Origin: an uncultured Actinomycetota bacterium
GTDB taxonomy: Bacteria > Actinomycetota > Actinomycetes > Mycobacteriales > Micromonosporaceae
Reading direction: 5' to 3'
DNA length: 64,000 nt
Assembly (NCBI GenBank): GCA_963740955.1
Contig: CAVUGC010000003.1
Location: 5,455 to 69,454, forward strand
A program made the position numbers and the translations under genes. Of the stretch, positions 23,117-33,360 are shown piece by piece. The notes under the pieces are model-generated. The model was not told where the DNA came from and did no database searches. It worked only from the letters and a program-made list of their open reading frames with translations. Position 1 is the first letter of the stretch; each line of letters opens with the position of its first letter.

Positions 23117-24973
23117 TTATTCCACAGTGACCGATTTGGCGAGGTTGCGCGGCTGGTCGATGTCGCGGCCCAGGGCCGTGGCGAGCTCGGCCGCGAACTC
23201 CTGCAGCGGAACGGCGGTCAGCAGCGGCGCCAGCAGCGTCGGCGAGGCCGGCGTCTCGATCACGAGGTCGGCGTGGGCCGCGGTGATGCGGTCGCCCTCC
23301 TCGCACACGGCGATCACCTTCGCGCCGCGGGCCTTCACCTCCTGGATGTTGGAGATGATCTTGTCGTGCAGGAGCGAGCGCCCGCGCGGGCTCGGCACGA
23401 TCGCGATCACGGGCGTGCCGTCCTCGATGAGCGAGATCGGGCCGTGCTTGAGCTCCCCGGCGGCGAAGCCCTCGGCGTGCAGGTACGCGAGCTCCTTGAG
23501 CTTCAGCGCGCCTTCGAGCGCGACGGGGTAGCCGACGTGGCGGCCGATGAACAGGACGCGGTCGTTGCCGGCGGCGGCGCAGTCGCGGGCCATCTGGCGG
23601 ACCGGGTCGAGGTTCTCGATGACCTTGGCGATCTTGCCGGGCGCGGCCACGAGCTCCTCGAGCACGGCCCCCACCTCGTCGGCGTACTTGATGCCGCGCA
23701 CCTGCGCGAGGTGCAGGCCCACGAGGTAGCAGGCGGCGAGCTGGGTGAGGAACGCCTTCGTGGAGGCGACGGCGACCTCGATGCCGGCCCTCGTGTACAG
23801 CACCGCGTCGGACTCGCGCGGGATCGTGGAGCCCACGGTGTTCGAGATGGACAGCACGCGGGCCTTCTGGTCCTTCGCGTGGCGCACGGCCATGAGCGTG
23901 TCCATGGTCTCGCCGGACTGCGAGATGGCGACGACGAGCGTGGAGCGGTCGAGCACCGGGTCGCGGTAGCGGAACTCGCTGGCGAGCTCGACCTCGCAGG
24001 GGATGCGCGTCCAGTGCTCGATGGCGTACTTGGTGACGAGCCCCGCGTGGTAGGAGGTGCCGCAGGCGATGATGAAGACCTTGTCGATGTCGCGGAAGTC
24101 CTGGTCGGACATGCGGACCTCGTCGAGGACGATCTGCCCGAACTCGTCGATGCGCCCGCGCAGGGTGTCGGCGACGGCGGCGGGCTGCTCGTGGATCTCC
24201 TTGCGCATGAACGTCTCGAAGCCGCCCTTCTCGGCGGCGGCGATGTCCCAGTCCACGGAGTACGGCTTGCCTTCGGAGGGCTGGCCGTCGAAGCCGCGCA
24301 CGGTGATGCCGTTCGCGCGGTTGATGGTGACGATCTGGTCCTGGCCGAGCTCGACCGCGTCGGTCGTGTACGCGATGAACGCCGCCACGTCGGAGGCGAG
24401 GAAGTACTCGCCGTCGCCGAGGCCGACCACGAGCGGGGAGTTGCGGCGGGCGCCGACCACGGTGTCGGGGTCGTCGTCGGCCACGGCCAGGAGCGTGAAG
24501 GCGCCTTCGAGGCGCGAGCAGACGCGCGTCATGGCCTCGGTGAGGTCACCGTCGACGGCGTACTCGAGGCCCAGGAGCTGGGCGGCGACCTCGGTGTCGG
24601 TGTCGGAGGCGAAGTCGATCCCGGTGGTCTCGAGCTCGGCGCGCAGCTGCGCGAAATTCTCGATGATGCCGTTGTGGATGAGGGCGATGCGCCCGTCGGC
24701 GGAGAGGTGCGGGTGCGCGTTGCGGTCGGAGGGGACGCCGTGGGTCGCCCAGCGGGTGTGCCCGATGCCGCAGGTGGACGCCGGGAGCGGGTGGTCGGCC
24801 AGGGCCGCTTCGAGGTTCGCGAGCTTCCCGGCCCGCTTGTCGCATTCGAGGCGTCCTTCGCCGACGAGCGCGATGCCCGCGGAGTCGTAGCCGCGGTATT
24901 CGAGACGGCGAAGGCCGTCGAGCACGACGTCAACGGCGCTGCGGCGGCCGACGTATCCAACGATTCCACACAT
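23117..24973 (-). CDS. glmS: Glutamine--fructose-6-phosphate aminotransferase
   Basis: MCGIVGY, RGYDSAG, GHTRWATHG, SQSGET, PRNLAKSVTVE. Confidence 0.97.
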   Translation of the reverse strand: MCGIVGYVGRRSAVDVVLDGLRRLEYRGYDSAGIALVGEGRLECDKRAGKLANLEAALADHPLPASTCGIGHTRWATHGVPSDRNAHPHLSADGRIALIHNGIIENFAQLRAELETTGIDFASDTDTEVAAQLLGLEYAVDGDLTEAMTRVCSRLEGAFTLLAVADDDPDTVVGARRNSPLVVGLGDGEYFLASDVAAFIAYTTDAVELGQDQIVTINRANGITVRGFDGQPSEGKPYSVDWDIAAAEKGGFETFMRKEIHEQPAAVADTLRGRIDEFGQIVLDEVRMSDQDFRDIDKVFIIACGTSYHAGLVTKYAIEHWTRIPCEVELASEFRYRDPVLDRSTLVVAISQSGETMDTLMAVRHAKDQKARVLSISNTVGSTIPRESDAVLYTRAGIEVAVASTKAFLTQLAACYLVGLHLAQVRGIKYADEVGAVLEELVAAPGKIAKVIENLDPVRQMARDCAAAGNDRVLFIGRHVGYPVALEGALKLKELAYLHAEGFAAGELKHGPISLIEDGTPVIAIVPSPRGRSLLHDKIISNIQEVKARGAKVIAVCEEGDRITAAHADLVIETPASPTLLAPLLTAVPLQEFAAELATALGRDIDQPRNLAKSVTVE

Positions 24974-25132
24974 GCGAAGAACCCTACAGCAGTTTCGCGC
25001 ATCACTCATGCGCGGATGGCCCGGAACTGATCACACTGATTGATCATTCAGTGGTGGAGGTTCGTTCACCGCGATGTGAACGCGCGTTCGCGCCCGCCGC
25101 GGCCCGGGACGGTGCCCGGGGCGGCTGCTCGT

Positions 25133-27052
25133 TCACTTCACGACGGCGATGCCTCGAGTGCCCTCCTCGTCGACGTAGCTGATGGCGGCCCCCGATCCGA
25201 CGGGGCTGAGCTGCGCGTCGTGGCACCAGTTGGCGGGGATCGCGGCCCCGTCGGCGCGCTCGGCCGAGAATTCGACCTCCTTGGCCTCGCCCTCCTCGAT
25301 CTCGTAGAGGCGGCAGTCGGGGCTGGTCGGGTCGAGCGAGAGGTCGGCGGCGAGCATGGCCCGGTTGTCGGGGAGGACGGCGCCCCAGCCGCGCGCGACC
25401 TCGGGGTCGAGCGGGGTGAAGCCCAGGCGCACCGAGTTGTCGTAGAGGCGGTCGCCGGAGTCGGCGTCGAAGGCCATGACGCCGAGCCAGGAGCCTTCGC
25501 GGTCCTTCGCGGTGTAGCACTCGATGATCTGGACGGTGCGGCGTTCGGTGGACGGCGCCTGCCCTTTCGCGTCGCCGCCGGCGGCGACGCCGGGCGAGGG
25601 GTCGGCGGTCGGCTGGGACAGGTGCAGGGTGCCGCCGCAGGCCGAGGAGTTCGTGGAGCCGAACGTCTGGTCGGGGCTGCGCCAGCGCTCGGTGCCGTCG
25701 GCGATGGCGTAGGCGATGAGCCGGTGTTCGAAGCGGCGGGCGGAGAAGGGCCCGTCGGTGACGCGGTCCTCGATGCGGCTGTCGAGGACGATGGTGTCCT
25801 CGGTGACGAGGAAGGACTGGGGGACGACTTCGGCGTGCTTGTCGATCTCCTTCTGCCAGGCGGGGGTGCCGTCGTCGAGGTCGAAGGCGAGCACGTAGTC
25901 GCGGGCGACGGGCCGGTCGGGGGCGGGCACGCAGTCGGCGAGGACGAGGGCGCGGGAGTCGGCGAGTTGGGCGGCGGTGCCTTCGCAGCCGTCGGGCATC
26001 TCGGCGTCCCAGACGAGGTCGCCGTTGAAGTCGTAGACGGTGAAGACGTCGCTTTTGTCCTTGGCGTAGAGGAGGCGGTCTTCGGCGAGGGCGAGGAGGG
26101 CGCCGGGGGAGCCGCCGAAGTCGGCGGTCTCGACTTCGCTGCCGTCGCCGGCGTGCAGGATGCGGGTCTGGTAGTCGCCCTTGTTGTCGGCGCGCGGGCC
26201 GGAGAGGGCGACGAGGTCCTGGGCCTGGGAGAGGACGGGGGGCTGGGAGGCGAGCCAGTTCCAGCGGCGGTGGTACCAGATGGCGGCGCCGGTGGTCGGG
26301 TCGAGCATGGTGACGGCCTGCGGGGTGGGGTCGGCGGGGTGGTCGGTGCGCAGGAGGCCGTAGGGGGTGACGGTGAAGCGCTCGACGCCGGCGAGTTCGG
26401 CGAGGCCGTCGAGTCCGGCGTCGGTGGCGGCCTCGTCGCCGACGTGCACGTCCTGGTTGGCGAGTTCGGCCCACAGCTGCATGGCGGGGGCGAGCGCGGC
26501 GGCGCTGCAGATGGTGATGGCGGCGGAGAGGACGGCGACCTTGCGGCGCAGCTGCTTCGGGGCGGGGGCGCGCCCGCCCGCGTAGCCTTCGACGACGAAT
26601 TCGGAGAGGGCGAGGAGGCCGCCGCCGATGACGCCGAAGCCGTAGGCGAGGGCGGCGACGCCGGCGCGGTGGGTGATGTACTGGCCGGGGCCGGCCTCGG
26701 GCATCAGGGAGTAGACGGTCCATCCGGCGATGGCGGCGAAGACGGCGGCGAAGATGGCGCCGATGATGGTGCGCAGGCCCGCGTGGGTGGCGGCGATGGC
26801 GATGACGATGGCGACGAGCAGGACCGAGGCGACGGTGCCGACGATCATGTAGGCGCCGGAGGAGCCGGAGCTCACGCCGGCGCCGAAGGAGGCCCAGACG
26901 ATGAGCACGGCCCAGCAGGCGAGCGCGGTGATGCCGGCGGAGCGGAGGAAGACGCGGGCGAGCGGGCGGGCGGTGCGCGCCTTGGGATCGCGCTGCGTCG
27001 CCGGGGAGGCGACGGTACGGTGGCGGCCGGTGCCGGAGGCGCTGTGGGACAT
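25133..27052 (-). CDS. Multi-TM membrane protein with PQQ-like beta-propeller extracellular domain
   Basis: Five N-terminal hydrophobic segments; repeated LDPTTGAAIW / AFDLDDGTPAW / AIADGTERW blade motifs. Confidence 0.7.
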   Translation of the reverse strand: MSHSASGTGRHRTVASPATQRDPKARTARPLARVFLRSAGITALACWAVLIVWASFGAGVSSGSSGAYMIVGTVASVLLVAIVIAIAATHAGLRTIIGAIFAAVFAAIAGWTVYSLMPEAGPGQYITHRAGVAALAYGFGVIGGGLLALSEFVVEGYAGGRAPAPKQLRRKVAVLSAAITICSAAALAPAMQLWAELANQDVHVGDEAATDAGLDGLAELAGVERFTVTPYGLLRTDHPADPTPQAVTMLDPTTGAAIWYHRRWNWLASQPPVLSQAQDLVALSGPRADNKGDYQTRILHAGDGSEVETADFGGSPGALLALAEDRLLYAKDKSDVFTVYDFNGDLVWDAEMPDGCEGTAAQLADSRALVLADCVPAPDRPVARDYVLAFDLDDGTPAWQKEIDKHAEVVPQSFLVTEDTIVLDSRIEDRVTDGPFSARRFEHRLIAYAIADGTERWRSPDQTFGSTNSSACGGTLHLSQPTADPSPGVAAGGDAKGQAPSTERRTVQIIECYTAKDREGSWLGVMAFDADSGDRLYDNSVRLGFTPLDPEVARGWGAVLPDNRAMLAADLSLDPTSPDCRLYEIEEGEAKEVEFSAERADGAAIPANWCHDAQLSPVGSGAAISYVDEEGTRGIAVVK

Positions 27053-27179
27053 GCCCTCTTTCTACCGGTCACCGGTGCCGGGAGCGGGGCTTTCGCACAG
27101 ATCGCGAGGCGGTTTCTCCCTTCGGTCCGGTGGGCCGGTCCGGGGCGGCATCCGACGGCAGTGGCCGGTCGTTTCGAAA

Positions 27180-27265
27180 GCAGCGCAATGCGGGCCTGAA
27201 AAGGCTGGTCGCCCAACCAATTTCTGGGCCCCCGGGTCTCAATACCGTGACACAGGGGTACGACA
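27180..27265 (-). repeat. Repeat family copy 5 (inverted partner of copy 6)
   Basis: Reverse complement TGTCGT-ACCCCTGTGT-CACGGT-ATTGAGAC-CCGGGGGCCC-AGAAATTGGTTGGGCGACCAGCCTTTTCAGGCCCGCATTGCGCTGC. Confidence 0.9.
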
Positions 27266-27407
27266 TTGCCGTCCGGCAGGCCGAAGCGCGCCGGCATGGG
27301 CCGCGTATTGCGACCGCGCCTCGGGTTCGTCCAGGCGGGAGCGTGCGCCGGATCGGGGCGCATTTCCGAACGCGCGTCCGGCTCGGGGCGCGGTCGAAGG
27401 CTCGGTG

Positions 27408-28067
27408 CTATCCGAGCGGGGCGGAGGCGACCGGGGTGTAGTGCGGCTGGGAGCCGACCGGTCCCTTGGTGAAGTCGGAGCGGTAGAGCACGACCTCGTT
27501 CGCGGTCCAGCTGGGGCCGTAGTAGCGGCGCAGGGTCAACAGGTCCTGGGCGGCCTGCTGGTTGGTGACGCGGTCGCCGGGGCGGGCGAGGGTCACGTGG
27601 GGGCGGTACTGCTTCTGGTCGACGGGCAGTCCGCCGGCGATGAGCCCGGCGCGGATGCGGTGGACGAGGTCGACGAGGGCCGCGACGTCGCCGTCGAGCC
27701 CGGCGTAGACCACCGAGTAGCGGCCGCGGCCGAATCGGCCGCCGCCGGAGACGCACAGGCGCATCGGCTCGGAGGCGGCGGCCGCGGCGGCGATGACCTC
27801 GGCGGTCTCGGCGCAGCGGTCGGCGGGGACCTCGCCGAGGAAGGAGAGGGTCAGATGCCAGTTCTCGGAGCGGACGAGCCGCGAAGACGAGGGGCGTCGG
27901 CCGGTCGCACCGGGGCGGCTGGGGGCGCCCCGGCGTGCGATGTTGAGGTCGGAGACGACCTCGGCGAGATCGGCGACGGCGTTGTCCGGAAGCGGGAGCG
28001 CGGCGAAAAGGCGCTCAGTACGCACCTGGGTCGCGGTCTGCTGGACCGCTGTGGCGGAGGCACTCAC
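27408..28067 (-). CDS. thpR: RNA 2',3'-cyclic phosphodiesterase (2H phosphoesterase)
   Basis: RLFAAL, WHLTLSFLG and RPHVTLAR (two HxT motifs); GGAGG RBS before GTG at 28067. Confidence 0.9.
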   Translation of the reverse strand: MSASATAVQQTATQVRTERLFAALPLPDNAVADLAEVVSDLNIARRGAPSRPGATGRRPSSSRLVRSENWHLTLSFLGEVPADRCAETAEVIAAAAAASEPMRLCVSGGGRFGRGRYSVVYAGLDGDVAALVDLVHRIRAGLIAGGLPVDQKQYRPHVTLARPGDRVTNQQAAQDLLTLRRYYGPSWTANEVVLYRSDFTKGPVGSQPHYTPVASAPLG

Positions 28068-28384
28068 TGGATTCCCTCCAGGGGCTCTACTCGGGGTCAG
28101 TGACACGCGCTGCGATGAGTGGTGTGTCGTCGCGGCGTGGTCGGGGCTGTCACGATGTGACCTATCCTCGCAGCAACTCCAGGAGTTCATTCAGTGAAAT
28201 CCCATTGGACGAGACAGTAATTTCGCGTAAGTAACACTCGGGTGCACTGCTGAGGCGACGGAGACGCAGGAGGTTCCGGGCACCCCAGGAGCACTCGGAC
28301 GATTCGCTCCAACGTATTGATGAGCGTCATTCATCAAGTGGAATTCGCCGGATAGAAGTGAACCGAAAATTCGCGCCCGAGAAT

Positions 28385-28469
28385 TGTCGTACCCCTATGT
28401 CACGGTATTGAGACCGGGGGCCCAGAAATTGGTTGGGCGACCAGCCTTTTCAGGCCCGCATTGCGCTGC
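28385..28469 (+). repeat. Repeat family copy 6
   Basis: Identical to the reverse complement of copy 5 except one substitution and one indel over ~85 bp; ends 6 bp from the MFS stop codon. Confidence 0.9.
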
Positions 28470-28474
28470 CCGGA

Positions 28475-29747
28475 TCATGGCATCGCCTTGCCGGTGAGGG
28501 CTTCGGCGCGGCGCTTGATCTGCGCCCGCTTCGCGAGAGCCACCGCGGCGGGCGTGACGATCGCGATAAGGCCGCCGAGCCACAGGCCGGCACGCGCCCC
28601 GTAGACCTCCATGAACCAGCCGACGATCGGCGCGAACACGGCCGTCGAGCCGAGGAACACGAGCATGTACAGGCTCAGGACCCGGCCGCGGTAGTCGGAG
28701 CGGACGCCCATCTGGATGCGCTGGTTGGCGGCCTGCGCGTAGTAGACCATCGCGAAGCCGGTCGGGGCGAGCAGCGCCATCGCCGACCAGAGCGTCGGCG
28801 AGAACCCGACGATCATGGTGCCGACCCCGAGGAGCGCCGAGGAGGTGAGCATCGTGGCCAGGCTCGGGCGGCCTCGAGCGGCGGCCGGAGGCGAGCGAAC
28901 CGGCGAGCGCGCCGACCGCGAGCGCGGTCAGCAGCAGGCCGTAGCTGTCGGCGCCGGTGTCGAACTCGGTGCGGGCGAGCATCGAGAGCGTCAGCGCGAA
29001 GTTGAACGTGAAGCCCGAGACGAGGAGCGAGACGACGAGGACGGCGATGAGGTCGGGCCGGGCGGCGGTGTAGCGCAGCGCGTCGCGGATGCCGTTGCCG
29101 CCGGCAGTGCGGGGCACCGGGTTCGACAGGCTGCGGCGCAGCAGGACCGCGCAGGACAGGGCCGGGCCGAGGAAGACCACGGCGCACACGGCGATGACCG
29201 TGCCCGTGGAGGTGAGCGCGATGAGCACTCCCGCGAGAGCGGGGCCGGCGATGCGGCTGGTGTTGAAGATGGCGCTGCCGAGGCTCACGGCGTTGGGGAG
29301 CGCGTCGCGGTCGACCAGTTCGGAGTAGAACGCCTGGCGGGCCGGGCCTTCGACGACGGCGACCGAACCGAAGGCGAACATGCCGACGTAGACCATCCAC
29401 AGTTCGATGTGCCCGGTGAGCGCGACGGTGGCGAGTCCGGCGGTGACGGTGGCCGAGCCGAGGGAGCACAGGAGGAGGATGCGCCGCTTGTCGAAGCTGT
29501 CGGCGATCTTGCCGCCTTGGAGGGCGAAGAGGAGGTAGGGGCCGAACTGCAGGGCGAGGCTCCAGCCGAGGGCGGTGCCGGAGTTGCCGGAGAGTTCGAG
29601 GACGAGCCAGCTGATGGCGGTGGTCTGGAGCCAGAACGCGAGGGTGCCCACGAGCTGCCCGGCGGCGTAGACGCGGAAGCCGGGGTAGGCGAGCGCACGG
29701 AACGTGCGATGCAGCTGACTGATGATCACGGGGGACATTGCATTCAA
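28475..29747 (-). CDS. MFS transporter (frameshift near 28865)
   Basis: FRALAYPGFR, GKIADSFDKRR, PARQAF..ELV, NAVSLGSAIFNTSRIAGPALAG, YRGRVLSLY. Confidence 0.88.
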
Positions 29748-29799
29748 GTCTATTTACTTACCGGTCGGCAAGCCAGTAACTATGACCGACTTCTCGCAA

Positions 29800-29883
29800 C
29801 CCGACGGGCCCGACGCCCGACGCCCGACGCCCGACGCCCGACGCCCGACGCCCGCCCCGACGCCCGACGCCCGACGCCCGACG
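29800..29883 (+). repeat. 7-bp tandem repeat (CCCGACG), 11 units with two interruptions
   Basis: Direct reading: 1 unit + GG + 6 units + CCCGC + 4 units. Confidence 0.9.
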
Positions 29884-29892
29884 CCCCGGAAT

Positions 29893-29929
29893 TGTCAGAC
29901 CCCCGCGTCATCGTTGCATCGGGGGGACC
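29893..29929 (+). repeat. Repeat family copy 7 (divergent core)
   Basis: TGTCAG-ACCCCCGCGT-CATCGT-TGCA-TCGGGGGGACC. Confidence 0.65.
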
Positions 29930-29970
29930 TGCGACCCGACACACCCGACCTCGGGGGCCGGACGCGAAAC

Positions 29971-30000
29971 GGCGGGGCGGGCCCGAAGGCCCGCCCCGCC
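29971..30000. terminator. Hairpin downstream of sepH
   Basis: GGCGGGGCGGGCC-CGAA-GGCCCGCCCCGCC. Confidence 0.7.
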
Positions 30001-30020
30001 GCAACGGCTGTCGTTGTGCG

Positions 30021-31037
30021 CTAGTCCTTGCCGGCCCCGCCGAACAGGACGTCGTCCCAGCCCGGAAGCTGGTTGCGCGGCTTCGAACCGGCCGCGGCGA
30101 GCGGCAGCGTGTTCATGTCGTCCTCGGCCACCGAGCGCTTGCCCGGACGCAGCACCGCGAGCGACGGCACCTCCGGCGTCTCGCGCTGCTCCGGCGCAGA
30201 CGTGCCCGGCAGACCCAGCTGCGACGTCCTTCTCCCGCGGCCGGCCATGTCGTCGAGCGGACGCTCGAGCACCTCGCGCAAGCGGTCGCGCCGCAGCGGA
30301 TCGGGCTGCGAAGCGTCGTCCTCGCGCAACCCGTGCATCGGGTCCCGCGAGGGCCGCACCGGATCGCCCGGGCGCACCCCCAGCTCGGAGAGCGGCTCCT
30401 GGTGACCGGGGACCTGCTGCGGCAGCGGCGTCGAGAGGAACTGCGCCATCTCGTCGTCCGGCGTCACCGTCTGGCGGGCCCGGTCGAGCTTCCAGCGCGC
30501 CCTGGCGGTCGTCTTGCCCGACGACCACGAGGCCTGCACGGTCCACGAGCCGTCCTCGGTGCGCCACGCGTCCCACGAGACCGCCTCGGGGTCGACCCCG
30601 TGCGTCCCGAGCTTCACATCGACCACGTTGGACATGCGCTCGCCGCGCTCCGAGGTCGCCAGCCGCGAACGGCGGGCGGCCTGGGCGAGCATCGCGCGCT
30701 CCTGCAGGACCGGCCCGGCGTAGCGCAGGACGCGATCGACCGCGACCTGCGCGGACGCGGCGATGTCCTCGGCGCTCTCACCGGCGCGGATACGGGTCTG
30801 GATGTCGCGGGGAGACAGGTTGACCGCGGCCGGGCGCTGCGGCATGGGACGCCGGGAAGCCTCGGCTTTTCCCTGCGCACCCTCTACTTTGGCCCGGAGG
30901 GCCTTGCCGCCCTCGGGCACGTCGACGACGGCCGCGACACGTTCGTCGATCGGCAGCGCGAGCAGCCTCCCGAGTTCATCGGCGAGCACCAGCGCATGAC
31001 CGTCCTCTGAGAGGGCTACGAACCGTACCGGCCTCAT
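30021..31037 (-). CDS. sepH: Septation protein SepH (DUF3071)
   Basis: LSPRDIQTRIRAGESAEDIA, RYAGPVLQER, WDAWR, C-terminal PGWDDVLFG. Confidence 0.88.
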   Translation of the reverse strand: MRPVRFVALSEDGHALVLADELGRLLALPIDERVAAVVDVPEGGKALRAKVEGAQGKAEASRRPMPQRPAAVNLSPRDIQTRIRAGESAEDIAASAQVAVDRVLRYAGPVLQERAMLAQAARRSRLATSERGERMSNVVDVKLGTHGVDPEAVSWDAWRTEDGSWTVQASWSSGKTTARARWKLDRARQTVTPDDEMAQFLSTPLPQQVPGHQEPLSELGVRPGDPVRPSRDPMHGLREDDASQPDPLRRDRLREVLERPLDDMAGRGRRTSQLGLPGTSAPEQRETPEVPSLAVLRPGKRSVAEDDMNTLPLAAAGSKPRNQLPGWDDVLFGGAGKD

Positions 31038-31256
31038 GCCTTCCACCCCTCGCGTGTCTTCTGTCAGCGCCGCATCGCCAGCTCATCCGAGCGTACGCCC
31101 AACCCTACCGGCGGACCACAACCGGCGGGGTGCCGATAACGGATCGCCTTCGCGCGAACGCTTCTCGCGGCGCTCTTCCCGCCCGCGGCGACGCGACACC
31201 ACTTCATGTCAGCGTGACCGATTGTCGCAGGCACTGACGCAGCGTACATTGGCAGC

Positions 31257-31586
31257 GTGTCCACCGACGGAACTTCCCAGCCACCGGCCTCGTCCGGCTC
31301 GTCGGCATCCCCGCGCGAGGCCTACAAGCGCGTCAAACGGACCCCCGAACTGCCGGCCCCCGCGGCCGTGCAGATGCGGATGACCCCGATCGCCGCGGCC
31401 GGGACTCTCCTGTGGACGATCGCGCTGGTTCTGACGCAAGTCTTCCGCGAGGAGCTGGTGGACTCGGGCCGCGAGTGGTGGGTCTCGTGCGCGCTGGCGG
31501 GCGTGCTCCTCGGTCTCATCGGCACCGCGATGATGGCGGTGGCCGACAAGCGCCACTTCGGCAGAGCCGACCGGAACCGGGGCTGA
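31257..31586 (+). CDS. DUF2530 family membrane protein
   Basis: AAGTLLW, EWWVSCALAGVLLGLIG; conserved position between sepH and DUF3027. Confidence 0.75.
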   Translation: MSTDGTSQPPASSGSSASPREAYKRVKRTPELPAPAAVQMRMTPIAAAGTLLWTIALVLTQVFREELVDSGREWWVSCALAGVLLGLIGTAMMAVADKRHFGRADRNRG

Positions 31587-31599
31587 CGGACCGCCGCCG

Positions 31600-31677
31600 G
31601 TTCGCGGGCAGCCCGAATAAGGTCGTCTTTCGATTCTTTGGGCCCCCGGTCAACAACCCTGACCTAGGGGTACGACA
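31600..31677 (-). repeat. Repeat family copy 8
   Basis: Reverse complement TGTCGT-ACCCCTAGGT-CAGGGT-TGTTGA-CCGGGGGCCC-AAAGAATCGAAAGACGACC... Confidence 0.85.
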
Positions 31678-31716
31678 AGACGGCCCCGTCGGGGCGGGAC
31701 GTCACCCGAAAGGGGA

Positions 31717-32508
31717 CTAGAGGATTTCGGAGCCCTCGTCGTCGTAGATGACCTCGGACTTGTCCACGCCCTGCGGGGTGGTGTCGACGAACTCGCTGAT
31801 CTGGGAGTGGGCGCCGCAGCCGTGGTCGGCGGAGACGACGCGGGCGTCTTCGGAGGAGTACAGGTTCGCGCAGGCGCCGAACGCCAGGCGCATCGAACCG
31901 GCCAGCGGCAGGAAGAACCCGCAGGTGCCGCAGCGGGCGGGTGCCGGGGCGGCCTCGGCGATCGGGGCGTGCGGGCCGCGGTCGCCGTCGTACCAGCGCT
32001 GCGCGGTCTCGGCTCGGCCCTCGCGGTTCATCACGCGTTCGCGGCCGAGGCCGAGCTCCTGCGTGATGTCTTCGACCGCGTCGTCGTCGGAGAGCAGGTA
32101 CGCGGGCATGAGGCGGTCGTCGTCCTCTTCGGTCGGCAGGACCTCGCCGGTGCCGACTTCGCCGCCCTGTAGCCGGTCGGCCCACGGCACCCACGCGGGG
32201 GCGCGCAGCGCGTCCGGGCCGGGCAGCAGCGCGGTCTCGGAGACGGTGGCGACGCGGGCGCGCGGGGCGCGGGTGAGCACGACGGCCCAACGCCAGCCGC
32301 GGTATCCGGCAAGGGTGCACTCGAAGTAGTGGGTGACGACCCGTTCGGTCTCGGCTTCCACGCTCAGGTGCTCGCCGATCCCGTCGCCGGCCTCTTCGGC
32401 GGCCTCGCGGGCCAGGTCGAGGGCGTCGGCGAGGGCCCGGTCAAGGCGCGGTTTGCGGCTGCGGGCCTTGGCGGCGGCGGTAGAGGTGTCAGGCACGTCT
32501 TCAAGCAT
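31717..32508 (-). CDS. DUF3027 family protein
   Basis: GYRGWRWAV, LLPGPDALRAPAWVPW, CGTCGF, FGACAN, DHGCGAHS. Confidence 0.88.
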   Translation of the reverse strand: MLEDVPDTSTAAAKARSRKPRLDRALADALDLAREAAEEAGDGIGEHLSVEAETERVVTHYFECTLAGYRGWRWAVVLTRAPRARVATVSETALLPGPDALRAPAWVPWADRLQGGEVGTGEVLPTEEDDDRLMPAYLLSDDDAVEDITQELGLGRERVMNREGRAETAQRWYDGDRGPHAPIAEAAPAPARCGTCGFFLPLAGSMRLAFGACANLYSSEDARVVSADHGCGAHSQISEFVDTTPQGVDKSEVIYDDEGSEIL

Positions 32509-32593
32509 AGGTCAGCTCGCGGCCGCACCCGGCGGACGGTGCACCCGGTGAGAAGCGGCATACGACACACTTCCCTGCTGGACGGCCCCGAAC

Positions 32594-32679
32594 TGTCGGA
32601 CCCCCGAGCAATGGTTTGAGCCGGGGGCCCACACTTCTGACGGCCGACCAGCCCAATATGTCCCGCTTTGCCCTGCCCG
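32594..32679 (+). repeat. Repeat family copy 9
   Basis: TGTCGG-ACCCCCGAGC-AATGGT-TTGAG-CCGGGGGCCC; tail aligns without gaps to copy 6 (CGACCAGCC..CCCGC.TTGC.CTGCCCG). Confidence 0.8.
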
Positions 32680-32742
32680 AGAGGTGGTCGCCACGGTCGC
32701 AGCGGCGGCAGGGCGCACTTACGGCCCGGTAGGTTTGACGCC

Positions 32743-33357
32743 ATGCGAATACTCGTCGTGTGCGCGGTCGCCGAGGAAGCCCAGGCCATCGAGTCCGGGC
32801 GCTCACTGCGCCATGAGCTGGACGTCCTCGTCTGCGGGGTCGGACCGGCCGCCGCCGCGGCCTCCACCGCCCGGACCATCGCCGAGAACAGCCACATGGG
32901 CCGCGCCTACGACGTGGTCGTGAACGCCGGCATCTGCGGGGCGTTCAAGGGCCGGGCCAGGATCGGCGACCTGCTCATCGCCACCGACTCGGTCGCCGCC
33001 GAACTCGGCGTCGCCCTCCCCTGGCGGTTCCAGCCGATCGACGAGATCGGCTTCGGCACCAACCGGATCGGCTGCAACACCGTCCTGACCGTCGCCGTCG
33101 AGGGCGTGCGGGGCGAGATCCTCACCCTCGCCTCGATCACCGGCTCCGACGGGCTCGCCGCGAACCTCGCCCACCGCTACCCCGACGCGATCGGGGAGGC
33201 CATGGAGGGATTCGGCGTCGCCACGGCCGCCCAGCAGGCGGGGCTGCCGTTCGCCGAGATCCGCGCCGTCTCCAACTACATCGGCGACCGCGACGTGGAG
33301 AACTGGGACTGGGCCACCGCATTGAAGACGCTGACCACCGGGATCCGGGAGCTGTAG
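32743..33357 (+). CDS. mqnB: Futalosine hydrolase
   Basis: GVGPAAAAA, NAGICG, EAMEGFGVA, EIRAVSNYIGDRD..W; adjacent to mqnD. Confidence 0.9.
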   Translation: MRILVVCAVAEEAQAIESGRSLRHELDVLVCGVGPAAAAASTARTIAENSHMGRAYDVVVNAGICGAFKGRARIGDLLIATDSVAAELGVALPWRFQPIDEIGFGTNRIGCNTVLTVAVEGVRGEILTLASITGSDGLAANLAHRYPDAIGEAMEGFGVATAAQQAGLPFAEIRAVSNYIGDRDVENWDWATALKTLTTGIREL

Positions 33358-33360
33358 GGC

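Noticed and set aside
24974-25132. glmS ribozyme
   Set aside because: Short intergenic region with no recognisable ribozyme core.
29722-30024. ORF encoding PDARRPT repeats
   Set aside because: A translation by-product of the heptamer repeat; overlaps promoter and terminator elements.
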